Shown one piece after another: positions 13,760 to 28,800 of a stretch of 64,000 bases of DNA. The stretch comes from Octopus vulgaris (Eukaryota), in contig OX597823.1 of assembly GCA_951406725.2 (NCBI GenBank), positions 7,688,001-7,752,000 on the forward strand. Direction: 5' to 3'. The notes beneath the pieces are model-generated. The model did not search any database. It had not been told where the DNA came from and saw only the letters and a list, made by a program, of their open reading frames with translations. The translations under genes and the position numbers were made by a program. The stretch's first letter is position 1. Every line of letters begins with the position of its first letter.

Positions 13760-16700
13760 TTGTGTGTCTGTGTTTGTCCCCCCAACATCGCTTGACAACC
13801 AATGCTGGTGTGTTTACGTCCCCGTCACTTAGCGGTTCAGCAAAAGAGACCGATAGAATATGTACTGGGCTTACAAAGAATAAGTCCCGGGGTCGATTTG
13901 CTCGACTAAAGGCGGTGCTCCAGCATGGCCGCAGTCAAATGACTGAAACAAGTAAAAGAGTAAAAGAGTAAACAGACTTGGCAGTTATGGTACTTGTACC
14001 GAAAGATCGCCACATTAGAAAGAGTATATTTGTGTTCTTGTATTTAAATCTATTTCACTTCTCATGATTTATGCTAGTTGTGCATAAAATTGATATTGTC
14101 TCATTAATGACAAACTCTGCCAATTCAGCTATACACTAATGTGCTATCCTAATTTATGACTGCTTTATACAGTAGATGACACATTGCTGCTGATTGGGAA
14201 GGAGATTGGGGGTATCTTCTCTGGGGAGCAGTCAGTAAAGCACAAGAAGGTCTTTTTTTTTTCCACTCATCAATAGTGTTTGCATTCATATTACACCCAC
14301 AGTGAGACTTTCTACTATTAAAGTGTATATATTCATGTATGCACAATGACACATATCTACATGTACAAACACATGTCATATTGGTATGGCAGAGTTGGAA
14401 CTTTCATATACTAGAAGTTACTCTAGAATCACACATCACAAATAATCTTGGAGAATAATAAAGTGACCATACTCTGAGATGTGTCAGCTCATACAGACAC
14501 GGAGATGGAAGCAATTCATCCCCATATTATTGTTAAAGGCTTTTGGTAAAAGCAATGTCCCCTAATTGATGTCTCTATTCAAACAGATGACAGTTATATT
14601 TTTTTACCCAAATATAAAAATGTGTATCAGGAGATATTCAAAATGTGAGGATTGAAAACCGAACCAATCATCATCATCATCATCACCATCGTTTAGTGTC
14701 CACTTTCTATGCTAGCATGGGTTGGACGGTGCAACTGGGGTCTGGGAAGCCAGAAGGCTGCACCAGGCCCAGTCTGATCTGGCAGTGTTTCTACGGCTGG
14801 ATACCCTTCCTAACGCCAACCACTCCATGAGTGTAGTGGGTGCTTCTTACGTGCCACCGGCACAGGTGCCAGACCAGTCTGGCAAACGGCCACGATCTAA
14901 TGGTGCTTTTTATGTGCCACTGGCACAGGGGCCAGGCGAGGCTGGCAACGGCCACGAACGGATGGTGCTTTATACGTGCCACCGGCACAAGGCCAAATCT
15001 TCACCATAAAAAGTACTTGGTGAATAAAAAAAAAATGATGCAGGCAAATATGCAATCAAACTCCCAAAATATAGAAACTACTGCTACAATTGCACACACA
15101 TATTGCAAAGGATATTCTCAATGCAATAAAACTGAAACAAAATACCATGTGCACGATTGTATTTTTACTGCTTTTTCCCTCATTAGCATTTGTGTATAAA
15201 ACAAAATATATTTTTTCTATTCTAAACTTAGGTGTTGGAAGTCAGTTTCTTGCTTTAGCTACAGGAATTTTGTTGATGGCATTATTCGGTATGTTCAATG
15301 TACATCGCCATGGTTCCATTAACTCTGCTGCAATTGTTCTATATGCACTTACTTCAGGTAAGCACACTTATATTTCTTCTGCATCTATTATTGAAAAATA
15401 AAAAATTTAAATTACAAATTTTAAAATAGCATTCAAAAATTTAGTTCAGTAAGCAATCCTACTTGCAACATTCTGTTTTAATGTTTAGTCTTTTTTTGTT
15501 GTCAACTTCAGTGTTGGGTAAATGTCACCAAGTTTTCAAAAGATTTGTGCAATGTAATTTATTGAAAAAAAATAATATGTGTAGGAGTGACTGTGTGGTA
15601 AGTAGCTTGCTTACAAACCACATGGTTCCGGGTTCAGTCCCACTGCGTGGCACCTTGGGCAAGTGTCTTCAACTGTAGCCTCGGGCCGACCAAAGCCTTG
15701 TGAGTGGATTTGGTAGACGGAAACTGAAAGAAGCCCGTCGTATATATGTATGTGTGTCTCTGTGTTTGTCCCTCCAACATCACTTGACAACTGGTGTGTT
15801 TACATCCCCGTAACTTAGTGGTTCGGCCAAAGAGACTAATAGAATAAGTACTAGGCTTACAAAGAATAAGTCCTGGGGTCGATTTACTCGACTAAAGGCA
15901 GTGCTGCAGCATGGCCACAGTCAAATGACTGAAACAAGTAAAAGAGTAAAAAGACAGATTAAGATGAATCGCAAACTTTTTTTGTATTCTAAAATTACAG
16001 GGTTCAAACAATAGTTGAAATTTTAAAAGTTTTGTTTCAAGGATTCTGTTACATCTACATTTTCAGGTTTACTATGGTGACTGCTGCATTTGGATTTTCT
16101 AATGAAGCTAGTTTTGAAAAACTTATTTTAAATAAAATGAATGATGATCAGATTAAACTTTTGAGTTTTAGATGACAGTTACCAGTATTTGTAGTAAAAA
16201 AAATATATACATAGTCATTATCTGCTTCAAAGTAAAACTATTAACTCTTTCAATCAGCTATATCTGGCCCAAATATCCTACCTGTTTTATGTTTAAAGCA
16301 GCCAGATCTGACTTCTCACACCTATCCTACAATGTCATTCTAAAAATAAACAATTACATTATCAAAATTTTGAAGCTATGGAGTAAACCATGATTAATTC
16401 AAAACAATGTGAAACAGTCAGAATTACATTTGACAGAACAATCTGACTGCTAAATGGTTAAAAATGTAAGTACAGTCAGCACTATTTTATTTACAATGAA
16501 AATAGATAACATTTTGATTTCCTTTCAGGTGTGTCTGGATACATTGCTGCAAACTATTACCGAAAGATGGGTGGTGACAACTGGGTATGGAATATCAATC
16601 TCACTTCAGCTTTGTTCGCATGTAAGTACATTACTCTGAAAAGAACTTTAGAAATTTATTTATCTTTACTATACCAAGTTGTTGTGACTAAGCCATATTT

Positions 16701-19700
16701 CTCTTTGTGTCAAAGTTACCTAAATATGGTTCATAAAGAATTGACCTAAAATTAATGTGACCTACTTATATCACCAACAGAATATCAGTGCAATCATATT
16801 TTTCTCGCTTTCTCAGATGATCTAAGTCAAAGAATACAAAACTTACTTCAGAAATATTTAAAGATATGTTCTCATTTTGTAAAAAGTAAAAATGTTTGAA
16901 CAAGCAAACTATAATCAGAAAAAACAAACTATATGGTTTTCATACAAAAGACTGATCTGTACTAAGAACAGATATATAATCACTTCTTTTTTATTCTTTT
17001 ATAATCTTCTTTTTTCTTTATTATATTTTTGTTCTTTTTATAAAGGAATTGGGTTTATAAAATTTCGTCTTCACAGTATCATCCTAGTGCCTGTTGTTAT
17101 GATTTCTGAGAAAGGAAATATAAAATTAGCCCTAGTGAGACTTGAATTCAGTGAGCCAGAACTTAATTCTGTAAAACTTACTATAAATCAGAAATCACAT
17201 GAAAACTAGCCTATGATAAATGTTTTGATAAAGTTAAAACATTTATATAGGTTGAACTGCCAAAATATTTACAGTAAAAGAAAAATTATTAACTGATAAC
17301 CAATATTAATTTTTACCTTCAGTAGAGATGGGAGGCCACTCTGGATGCAAATTTACTCCTTGATTCGGTCATCATCAAAACACATTCTCTTTATAAATTT
17401 CTGAAAGATCAGCAATGAATTACTATCTCTACTAATTATAAACTTATTCTTAAGAAAATTATTAATTAATAGATTTTTCATGGCTAAAGTCCTATCTTAG
17501 GAATAATTGAAATTGGTATCTTAGGAATATATTTCTTCCTGATTAATTTTTTAATGTTATATATATTTTTTCTATTCATTTCAATTCTAGTGCCATTTTT
17601 CATTGTGTGGGCCCTTATAAACTCTGTTGCATGGGGCTATGGAACCACTCAAGCTTTACCTTGGACTACAGTTGTCATGTTGATATGCTTATGGATGTTT
17701 GGTAATATATTTTTGTCATTCCAGATTTTTCATTTAGAATAAAATCAAACAAATAATTAATTTATGTTCTCAAAGGATTGTATTTTATACAAATTGTTTG
17801 TGCTGTAGTTTATATGTGTCTTGACGAATAACTTTGATGAGTTTGTAATTATAGTCAACTGAAAGCATTCTGTTTTAACAGTTTAATACTTTATTTAAAG
17901 ATAAAATTCACTATATATTTGATTTTATTTCCCTATCCATCTAATATGCAAATATTAGTTCTAGTACCATTTAGAATCTTTCGGAATTCTTAAACTGACT
18001 ACTCTACTAATTACAGAATCTAAAAATTCTTTTTTCTATTTTTGTTTCAGTAATTTTTTCTCATATCATTATTGTTATTATCATCACCATCATAACAAAC
18101 CTATATCCAGGCTGACATGGGTTGGGAGGGTTTATCAGTTCCTCCTTGGGATATGATATCCTCTTATCAAACCTCACTACTTCCTTATATGTCTTCGAAT
18201 GTTATGAGCCCTATCAACTATCAATATACGACAGTTTTTAAACTGGTACTTATCATCTATTGCACGTCTATACTATTGCAGTTATCGCTCTTGCACATAC
18301 CAATTCTTACCTTTACCTCTCATAATTCCTCTCTACCTTTTATACAGCAGAATATTGAATCTTCAACAAATAAATTCATTTCTTTCCAGATTATGTAGAT
18401 TTTCCAAATTAAATCCCCAATTCTCACCACTATGCAGTATGATACTTATTTTGCATGCTTTTATCACCAAGGGAGAAACCATTTGTTGCTAGCAGAGGTA
18501 ATAGCTCCCTAAACTAACTCTACCCACCCTTTCCTTATTCTAGCTACTGTGCCCCCTATCCATAGCACACATAAGGTAACCCAGCAATCATAAACTTTCT
18601 ACATCTGGAATGCCATCTAAGCATTTTATGGGCTCTCACACATCTAAAGTCACAGTTCTTTATCAAAAGATCCTATTCATCATCATCGTCATTTAATGTC
18701 CACTTTCCATGCTGGCATGGGTTGGATGGTTTGACTGAGGGCTGGCAAGCCAGAAGGCTGCACCAGGCTCCAATCTGAACTGGCAAGGTTTCTACAGTTT
18801 GATGCCCTTCCTAATGCCAACCACTTCGAGAGTGTAGTGGATACTTTTTACATGCCACAGGCACAGGAGCCAGTCAGGTGGCACTGGCAACAAAAAATGG
18901 TGTTTTTAACATACCACTGGCACAGGTGGTACTGTCATCGGCCATGACAACGATTTCACTTGCCTCAACAAGTCTTTGCAAGTGCAGTTTATTGCCCCAT
19001 GATTGAAGGGTGCTTTTAAATGGGCTGGTTATGCTGCACTAGCATAGGCCACGGTTACAGTCTCACTTGACTTGCCAGGTCTTCTCAAGCACAGCATATC
19101 TCCAAAGGTCTTGGTCACTTGTCATTGCCTGAGTGAGGCCCAATGTTTGAAGCTCATGCTTCACCATGTCATCCTAGGTCTTCGTAGGCCTACCTCTTCT
19201 GCAGGTTCCCTCTACTGCTAGCATGTGACACTTTTTTATACAGCTATCCTCATCCATTTGCAACACATGATCATACCAGCACAGTCATCTCTCTTGCACA
19301 CCACATCTGATGCTTCTTAAGTCCAACTTTTCTCTCAGGGTGCTTACACTCTTTCATGTATGCACACTGACATTACACATCCAGCAGAGCATACTGGCTT
19401 CATTCCTTGCAAGCTTATGCATGTCCTCGGCAGTCACAGCTCATGTTTCACTGCCATGTAGCATGGCTGTTCGCACACATGGGTTATACAGTCAACCTTT
19501 TACTCTGAGTGAGAAGCCCTTTGTCACCAGCAGAGGTAGGAACTCTCTGAACTTTGCCCAGGCTGTTCTTATTCTAGCAGCTACACTTTCAGAGCATCCA
19601 CTCCTGCTACTGACTTGGTCACCTAGGTAACAGAAGCTATCAACTACTTGTAGTTTTTCCCCCTGGAATGTGACGGAAGCTGTTTTCTGCACATATTCAG

Positions 19701-22700
19701 TGTTTATTGTTCCTGAGCATTTGCCACACACAAAAACTATGTTTCAGTCAACCTTCCTTTGATATTGCTGCACCTCATATGTGTCCATAGCTTATACTGG
19801 GTAGATCTTATAGAGTTTCTACCTACGCCTTTTCTACAGATTGAGCAGGGCCATCAACCTGAAGGGATTTGTGGTTTGTCTGCCTTCCTACTTATTAAGA
19901 CTTGATTTTTGCAAGGTTGACTCTAAGGACTTTTGATTCTAGACCTTTTTCCACACCTGAAACTTCTCTAGTTCTGATAGTGACTCAGCTATTAGAGCAA
20001 GGTCATCAGCATAGAGAAGCTCCCAGGGCAACCTGTCTTGAATTCCCCTGTTATTGCCTGGAGGACTATGATGAATAAGAAGGGGCAAAAAAATTTTTTA
20101 AGTAACCTAAAGTAATCTTCCTTGTAGATCACACACCAAAGTAGTACCTTATCAAAACTAATATGCAGTCAAAGTTGAAAATTAAGTTTATGTAACATAA
20201 TGAAAGTTAACAGACTGCAGAGACAATGATCCTTAGTCCAGAAAAATATAAATATGCCTTTCCTCTTATTGTCATTTTAAGACTTACTTCTATTTTCAGT
20301 ACGTCACAATTTCTATCTCTCTTTTTTATTCATAATAATTTTTGAGAATAAATCCATTTAATTTCTTACATAGAACATGCATGACATTCATATTTATGCT
20401 TAATGAAAATCATCCATTATGCTACTGAAGAACCTAAATCTAGATTTGTTATAGCATATATATTGTATCTGATTTTTTGGATTTTATACCATTGAGGCTA
20501 AAATTGCTTCTGAATGCTCTGCAGGTTGCAAGATTGTCATTTCTTGGACACCTCATATTAGCCAAGAACCAGAATTTCCCTTTGAGATTCAAAGGAATCA
20601 TTTTTCCATTTGCCATAGTACAGTCAAAGATGAATATTAAAGTTGTGGTTTTAAAAGACAAGAAGTAGGTGATATATAGTGAAATATTGCAGTAATATGA
20701 ACAATTATTTTGCTACCTTGCCGAGAGGGATAGTTTCCCTGATAAAGGGACAGGTGCAAAACAGCACCTGGTTCTCCTGGCTGGACTTTGGGTGTTTTAC
20801 AGTGAAGAGGATTCAGTAAGTAACTATAATGTAGTTAATGCCACTATGTGTAACATGATAACCATAAGCTGTATAAACCAAAGATTGCTGGCTCTTCTCC
20901 CACTGCCTGTCACACGCTCCCAAAGCAACTCAAACCCACATTTACAATAACAGCCATGACTCAATCTATTACAATTAGCAGCCAAATCACACCATCTTAC
21001 ATTGGAAAAGGAACACTGAACAAAGTTGCTATATATATCATCATAATCATCATCATCATTTAGCATCTGTCTTCTATGCTGGTATAACTGCAAACGGGTA
21101 AGCCAAGGAACTGCACCAGGTTTCAATCTGAGTACAACAGGGGTCACCACCACCCCCTGCTAGAGCCTCGTGGAGCTTTTAGGTGTTTTCGCTCAATAAA
21201 CACACACAACGCCCTGTCTGGGAATCGAAACCGCGATCCTCCGGCTGCCCTAACCACTGGGCCATTGTGCCTCCACATATATACCTTAAGCATAACTGTT
21301 ATTATAATGGTTATGTACATGAAGGATAAAATAAATATATAATGTTTTAGTAACTGTTCTAGCAAAATTCTTTTCTTTTTATAGTCATACTTGGTTTTAA
21401 TTTCATTACATTTCTTTCCAGTTCTTTCAACATTTTTTTTTTCTGGTAGAGTTAGTTTGAACTTGAAGTTAAGAAAAACTTAGGAAGGGAAACTAAAAAG
21501 ATAAAAATTACAGTTGGTTAAAATTGATGGATAGAATAGAGCCGGAAAGGTTATGAGAAAGAATGAAAAGGGGAAAATGGCAGAAGAAATAACATTGAAC
21601 ACATATGAAAAATGTTATGTAAAATAAAGATGGAAGAAGGATTTCTAGCAAGGCTGAAATTCTGTAATTTCAGGTAGAGACAAATTTAACTTAGACATGA
21701 AAAATAAAACTGACAAAATTTTATTAGTGAAGCTCATGAATGCCTTTAAAAAAAAAATTATTTCTCTACTTTAAATTTCTAGACTACATGAACCAACTTA
21801 TTCTGAATGTAAAGGGAGGTAACATTGTATCCATTCATATTTGTATTTTCTGCTCTTTATTTTTACCTAATATAGTTTTGACAAAAGAAAGGCAAAGAAA
21901 AAAAAAAGCAGAATAAATGGAAAGGGGGAGGGAAAAAAGAGAGAAGAAAGAGAAAAAGTCATCAATGCAGCACCAATGCTTCGATTGGTCACACATTACG
22001 AGGTTCAACGGAACCTACTGAAGCAAGCCAGCACACTCACAGCATTACCATGAGCGATGGCAAAGCTAAGGTGTTTGAAAAGCCAAATGCCCTCGTGGAC
22101 ATCACCTGACACTGCAGTGAGGCAAGCTAAGGCATTCATGAGCTTCACAGACAAAATATTTGTATTAAGTTTTAAAATAACTTCATTTTATTATTTTTAA
22201 CTACACAAAAATCACCATTTCGAGCTTGGCCGTTGTCAGTACTGCCAGACTGGCCCCCCGTGCAGGTGGCACGTAAAAAGCAACCACTACACTCTTGGAG
22301 TGGTTGGCGTTAGGAAGGGCATCCAGCTGTAGAAACTCTGCCAAATCAGATTGGAGCCTGGCGCAGCCATCTGATTCGCCAGTCCTCAATCAAATCGTCC
22401 AACCCATGCTAGCATGGAAAGCGGACATTAAATGATGATGATGATATTAAATAAGATCAGTTGAGAACTATGAGGTATATAGGTTCTAGTTCAGGAAGTA
22501 AATCTCATCAATCCATAGAAATAAATAGATTTTAGAATTAAATATTGTACCCACCACATAGAAATCTTTATATATAAAAGAGAAGTTGTGTGTCTGTCTC
22601 CTACGATTTAGATTCCTAACTACTCCCACATTTTGTGGTGCAGTTTAACCAAAACCGGGTATCTTATAGTAGTGATTCATATCGAGTCCTTCTGGGTATT

Positions 22701-23463
22701 AGCGTGCGTCTACGATGAGTCTACGATTTAAAAAAAAATTTACCATCATTTTTTTCCATTTTAATGCATTTTTTCACTATTATATAAGGGAAGTAACTCT
22801 CTAAAGATGTCTACGATGAGTCAACGATTTAAAAAAAAATTTACCATCATTTTTTTCCATTTTTAATACATTTTTTGCTATTTTCTGGCTATAACTCTCT
22901 AAAAATGCTTATATAGTTATTTCCCTTACAAACCCGAGCAACGCTGGGCGATACTGCTAGTACATTATAAAGTACTCTAAAAGTAGATTTTGAAGCATAT
23001 ATTTTGTATTTATTACCAGTAATTCATCATTTTATATGAAGTGAAGTTGTAATGATATTATTTGCCATTGAAGTGATATTGAGTAATACATATCACTTGA
23101 AAAAAAGTTTATATATTTTTATCTTATTTAAACTACTAAATGCATTTTTATTTACAGTGGGATACCCTTTAACTGTTGTTGGTGGCATTTTTGGTAAAAA
23201 TTGGGCAAATGGTTTTGATGCTCCTTGTCGAACAAAAAATATTGCTCGTGAAATTCCCTCTGCTCCATGGTATAGGTCTGCATTTGCTCATTGCCTTGTA
23301 GGAGGATTTTTACCATTCAGGTAATATTTTTAGATATATTTTACTTCAATGAATCTGCAAAATCCATAGGCACCACTCCTTTCTCTTTTTGACTAAACCA
23401 TTGAAAGAATTCAGAACCAACATATATATATATATATACATTATATATATATATATTCAGAAC

Positions 23464-23517
<54 letters not shown>

Positions 23518-23716
23518 TCTTTTACTTGTTTCAGCATTTGACTGTGGCCATGCTGGAGCACCGCCTTTAATCGAGCAACTCGACCCCGGAACTTATTCTT
23601 TTGTAAGCCCAGTACTTATTCTATCGGTTTCCTTCGCCGAACCGCCAAGTAACGGGGACATAAACACACCAGCATCGGTTGTCAAGCAATGCTAGGGGGA
23701 CAAACACACACTCACG

Positions 23717-23753
<37 letters not shown>

Positions 23754-25005
23754 GACGGGCTTCTTTCAGTCTCCGTCTACCAAATCCACTCACAAGGCTT
23801 TGGTCGGCTCGAGGCTATAGTAGAAGACACTTGCCCAAGGTGCCACGCAGTGGGACTGAACCCGGAACCATGTGGTTGGTAGACTAGCTACTTACCACAC
23901 AGCCACTCCTGCGCCTATATATATATATAATACATAAAGAACAGGACATCACCAATGAATGAAAAATACGTAAACACATAATGAGAGACAAGTATGGAAG
24001 CTCAGAGACAAGTATGGAACCTGCCCAAAAATGCCTTCAAGGTGCTACCTCCAATGCAATATAATTTTGTCACTAAAATGGTACACAATGCCACCACCCC
24101 CCACCAAAGACTATCTTGGGGATAAATATGGATAGTCCCCTTGTTATTGTATGCATCATCATCATTCATCATTGTTCGACCGTGGTCAAGACAATGGAAT
24201 TTACCATGCTACGCCAGACTTCACGGTCCATCATGACATTACGGAGGTCCTGTTGCTGGATACCTGTATCCCTGGAGATTACATCAGGGTAGGAGAGTGT
24301 GCACCCTCTGGTATTGCGAGTAGATGGCTTCCAGAGGAGAAGAGTAGAAATTACCTCTTTTTCAGCTCTACAACAATGTCCAGCAAACTGGACTCTCTTA
24401 CCTTTCACAAGAGATGACACAGGTGGTAGTTTCCCATATATTTGCATTTTGGTTGGATGGCGCTTCCATGAGAGATTTTGAGCTCTCATAAGGAGGCGAG
24501 TGTAGGTTCCATCCAACCGCCTCTCAAGCATACATAAAGGAATATTAATGGAACATTCCCGTCAAAACTTCTACCAAATACAACTACAATAGGTTGTATA
24601 GAATTTTGGGGGATAGACAAGATAAAGTTTGTGCCATCCTCGAGATCAGGTGCCCTGCTGATGTTAATGTCTCTTAGAAAATCTAAGAGATAGAGGATAA
24701 CTATGGACAACTGCTTCAAACCTTTCAGATAATAAATTCACATTTATTCCAGTAATAATTCATGCATTTGGTTTTCTGAGTGATTGTCTAAATGACTTTC
24801 TGGAGACCTAGGATTTTCAGAAAAAGAATTCAACCAGCAGGAGTGGCTCTGTGGTAAGTAGTTTGTTTACCAACCACATGGTTCCGGGGTTCAGTCCCAC
24901 TGCATGGCATCTTGGGCAAGTGTCTTCTACTATAGCCTCGAGCCGACCAAAGCCTTGTGAGTGGATTTGGTAGACGGAAACTGAAAGAAGCCCGTCGTAT
25001 ATATG

Positions 25006-25058
<53 letters not shown>

Positions 25059-25750
25059 CTGTGTTTGTCCCCCTAGCATTGCTTGACAACCTATGCTCAT
25101 GTGTTTACGTCCCCATCACTTAGCGGTTCGACCAAAGAGACCGATAGAATAAGTACTGGGCTTACAAAGAATAAGTCCCGGGATCGATTTGCTCAACTAA
25201 AGGTGCTGCTCCAGCATGGCCGCAGTCAAATGACTGAAACAAGTAAAAGAGTAAAAGAGTAAAAGAATTCAACCAGCTGACATGCACATTACAAAAACAA
25301 TCTGTCATCAGTAGAATAGTAAAAGTGTAACATTGTTTGTTATCTACATTTCAATGATGGAGCTTTGTGTCTTTGTTAGAACCCAGTTCCTTCCTTTCAG
25401 AAACATTTCAAATAGTTAAAAACAGAAGAGTGCTCATGCATACAGTTTGTATGAGGACTCTGTATGAAGAAATGTATGTTAACATAATGCTGTTGGCAAA
25501 ACATTGATTTTAATTTTATAAATGCATTTTTCCTGCCACTCCTATTCATATTGAATTCCACTTCAATTTCTACCCGTTTTTATGTTTAAATTTTATGTAC
25601 TAAAACCAGTGTTTGTGTAATCCAAGATTATTTTCAGTTTCCAGTAATGTTAGTTACATTTATAGTAAGTTGTTGCATGATGCAGTTTGGTGTATGGAGT
25701 AACCAACAGCACAAAGTGGTAAATATAGAATGAATTAAAGCAAATATGAA

Positions 25751-25804
<54 letters not shown>

Positions 25805-28800
25805 AGCAAAACGCCCCACCGTCCAATGGATGGTGCTGAGTTGTCAAACATTTAAACCAAATTTTCTCAAAACAACTTGTCCAACCGTCTCATAGTCCTC
25901 TCCTTTGAGAAACACTGATTTAACCTAAATTTGAGACACTAGCAAAAGACAGATTTCGACTGATGTACTTGCGCATACAAATGCACGTTCCCATGGCTTT
26001 AGCGATTGCATTCTCACCTGGAATCGATTTTTGTAATTTTTTCAAGACTTATACACACCCTGATACTGTTGGTATCTACATATCAAATTTGAGTGCAATT
26101 GGATGGAGGTTGGCCAAGATCCTAGAAGACATACACACACACACAGAATGGATTTTATATAATAGATATTTTTTTAAATGGGTACAGATTTTATTGCTGA
26201 CTAGTATAATTTCTGCACTTGATATTCACATCAACCAAGCAAAGGAATAAATATATTGACAGCTTCTATTGCAATGCCTTCTAAACACAATGCAAGCCTC
26301 CATTTTATGAAAATAAACCTCCTTTTATGGAAATATGTACTCGACAGCATTAGTAAAACTTCTTAAAAACCAAACCCTGGTGGTAATTATTAGCAATTCT
26401 TAAATAGTAAGGCAGATAGTTTCATGAAATTTATGTATCAATCAAAAAGATTTTACATATAAGCACAGGAGTGGCTGTGTGGTAAGTAGCTTGCTAACCA
26501 ACCACATGGTTCCGGGTTCAGTCCCACTGCGTGGCATCTTGGGCAAGTGTCTTTTGCTATAGCCCCGGGTCGACCAATGCCTTGTGAGTGGATTTGGTAG
26601 ACGGAAACTGAAAGAAGCCCGTCGTATATATGTATATATGTATGTGCGTGTATGTTTGTGTGTCTGTGTTTGCCCCACTAGCATTGCTTGACAACCGATG
26701 CTGGTATGTTTACGTCCCCGTCACTTAGCGGTTCGGCAAAAGAGACCGATAGAATAAGTACTGGGCTTACAAAGAATAAGTCCCGGGGTCGATTTGCTCG
26801 ACTAAAGGCGGTGCTCCAGCATGGCCGCAGTCAAATGACTGAAACAAGTAAAAGAGTATAAAAGAGTAAAGAGTATATAGATCAAAGTTACATTTAATCA
26901 AAGCCGGCTTGAACCGATTGTTTATGCCAATGCATCTGATAACTCTGAAAGATTATCCAAGTGTCTCCTTTGCCTGCCAAGATCAGATTTTCTTCCTAAG
27001 CTTATTCAATTCTTAATTCCTTCAAGTTACCAATTATTACCACTATACTTTTGTTTACTGTCACTAATTAGAGGGAAATATCAATTGAGATTGTTTTGCA
27101 TATATCATTCAGCTTGTGATATAATTATTTATCAAAATTCATGCCATTGACCTACTTGAGTTATTTCCCCTTATTCATTTTACTTTCCATTGTATAACTG
27201 CTCTTACCTATTCTGTGTCATCAGGACAATATACATCAAAGTATAGTGTAAGTAAATTTGAGTAATATGTAAATACTGTTTAAACACAAAACAATTACAT
27301 GTATGTCTATATAAAAATCTATTGTATTATAGTTATTATAAATGTATCATTTATGAACAAAAGGAATTATGTTTTCTTTGCAGTGCTATTTCTGTTGAGT
27401 TGTATTATATATTTGCCACACTTTGGGGACGTGAACAATACACACTCTACGGTATCTTATTTGTTGTTTATGGAATTTTGCTCAGCGTGACAGCTTGCAT
27501 CTCTGTAGCTCTTACCTACTTCCAATTATCTGCTGAAGACTACAGATGGTGGTGGAGATCAATTTTTAGTGCAGGGTAAGTTTTACTTCATGCTTGAAAC
27601 ACCTCTTTGAAGGTTTATAAATTGATTTGTATTTCAATTTTTGGGAAGTGAACTCAAAAAAAATTGCTTAGGATTTTCAAATAGTCTGATCTGGAACTGT
27701 CAACATTTTCATTTAACATTCTGTATTAGAAGCCAACAAAGATCTACATGGTAGCTTGATTTGCTAGAAATACTAACCATACTGTCTCAAAAAGAAAGTC
27801 AATATAGTCCTCAATATACAAAATAGTCACATTTGAAATTCCTTTTATTATAGATCTGTTGAATCAAGGCTGACATAGAGCTAGACAATTAGAGAAAAGG
27901 CTTTATTCATGTTTATTTAAACTGTATCAGCATTTAAAAAAATCTGACAATGATGATAAGTTATTACTTAAGCTCATAACATTATAAAATACCATTTGAA
28001 ATCTTTAAAATCCTCAAATTTTCAGAACAAAGGTCGCATTTCTGTCAACAGTAATTACATTGAGAATTAGACAAGGAGTGATTAACAACCAATAACATAT
28101 ACATACCAAGTCTCTTTTAACAAATTAACTTCAAAATGGGAACCATATTTTTAAGTTTTAAATATGTACATTTTAAATTTCATCTATTGACCTAAACTAT
28201 GCCAGGAATCAGGTCTACCATAAATTGGATAAGATATGGTAAATATACCCCTACTATGCCATACACAAAACAACCCTGAAATTAAGTGTTTATTTGATTT
28301 CTTTGACATTGTTCTGCTTGAGTATTGCTGTGTTTGGCTACTTAACCCTTTAGCATTTAAACCAGCCATATCCGGCCAAAAGTATTCTGCCTGTTCAAAC
28401 TGGCCAGATCTGGTCTCTCACACTAACCCTACAATATTGTTTTAAAAATTAACAGCTACCTCATCAAAATCTCATAGCTACCAGATAATGCATGATTAGT
28501 TCAAAACAATGTGGATGAAGAAGCATTAATTTTGGCAGAATAATGCGAACACTAAAGGGTTAATTACCAAAATATAAGCATTAATGAAAGTTCTCTAAAT
28601 TGTTTCCAGTTATTATGAATCTTGTCCTACCAATTATTAGCTACTATTCTAACACTAATTATTTCATGTAAAGAGTAGACGCTGTCAGCTAGTATATTTT
28701 ATATTATCTACAACATGTATATTTCTCTTAATGAATAATAAATTGTTTTCTTTCCAGGTCCACAGGATGCTTCGTATTTCTTTATGCACTTTTCTACTAC

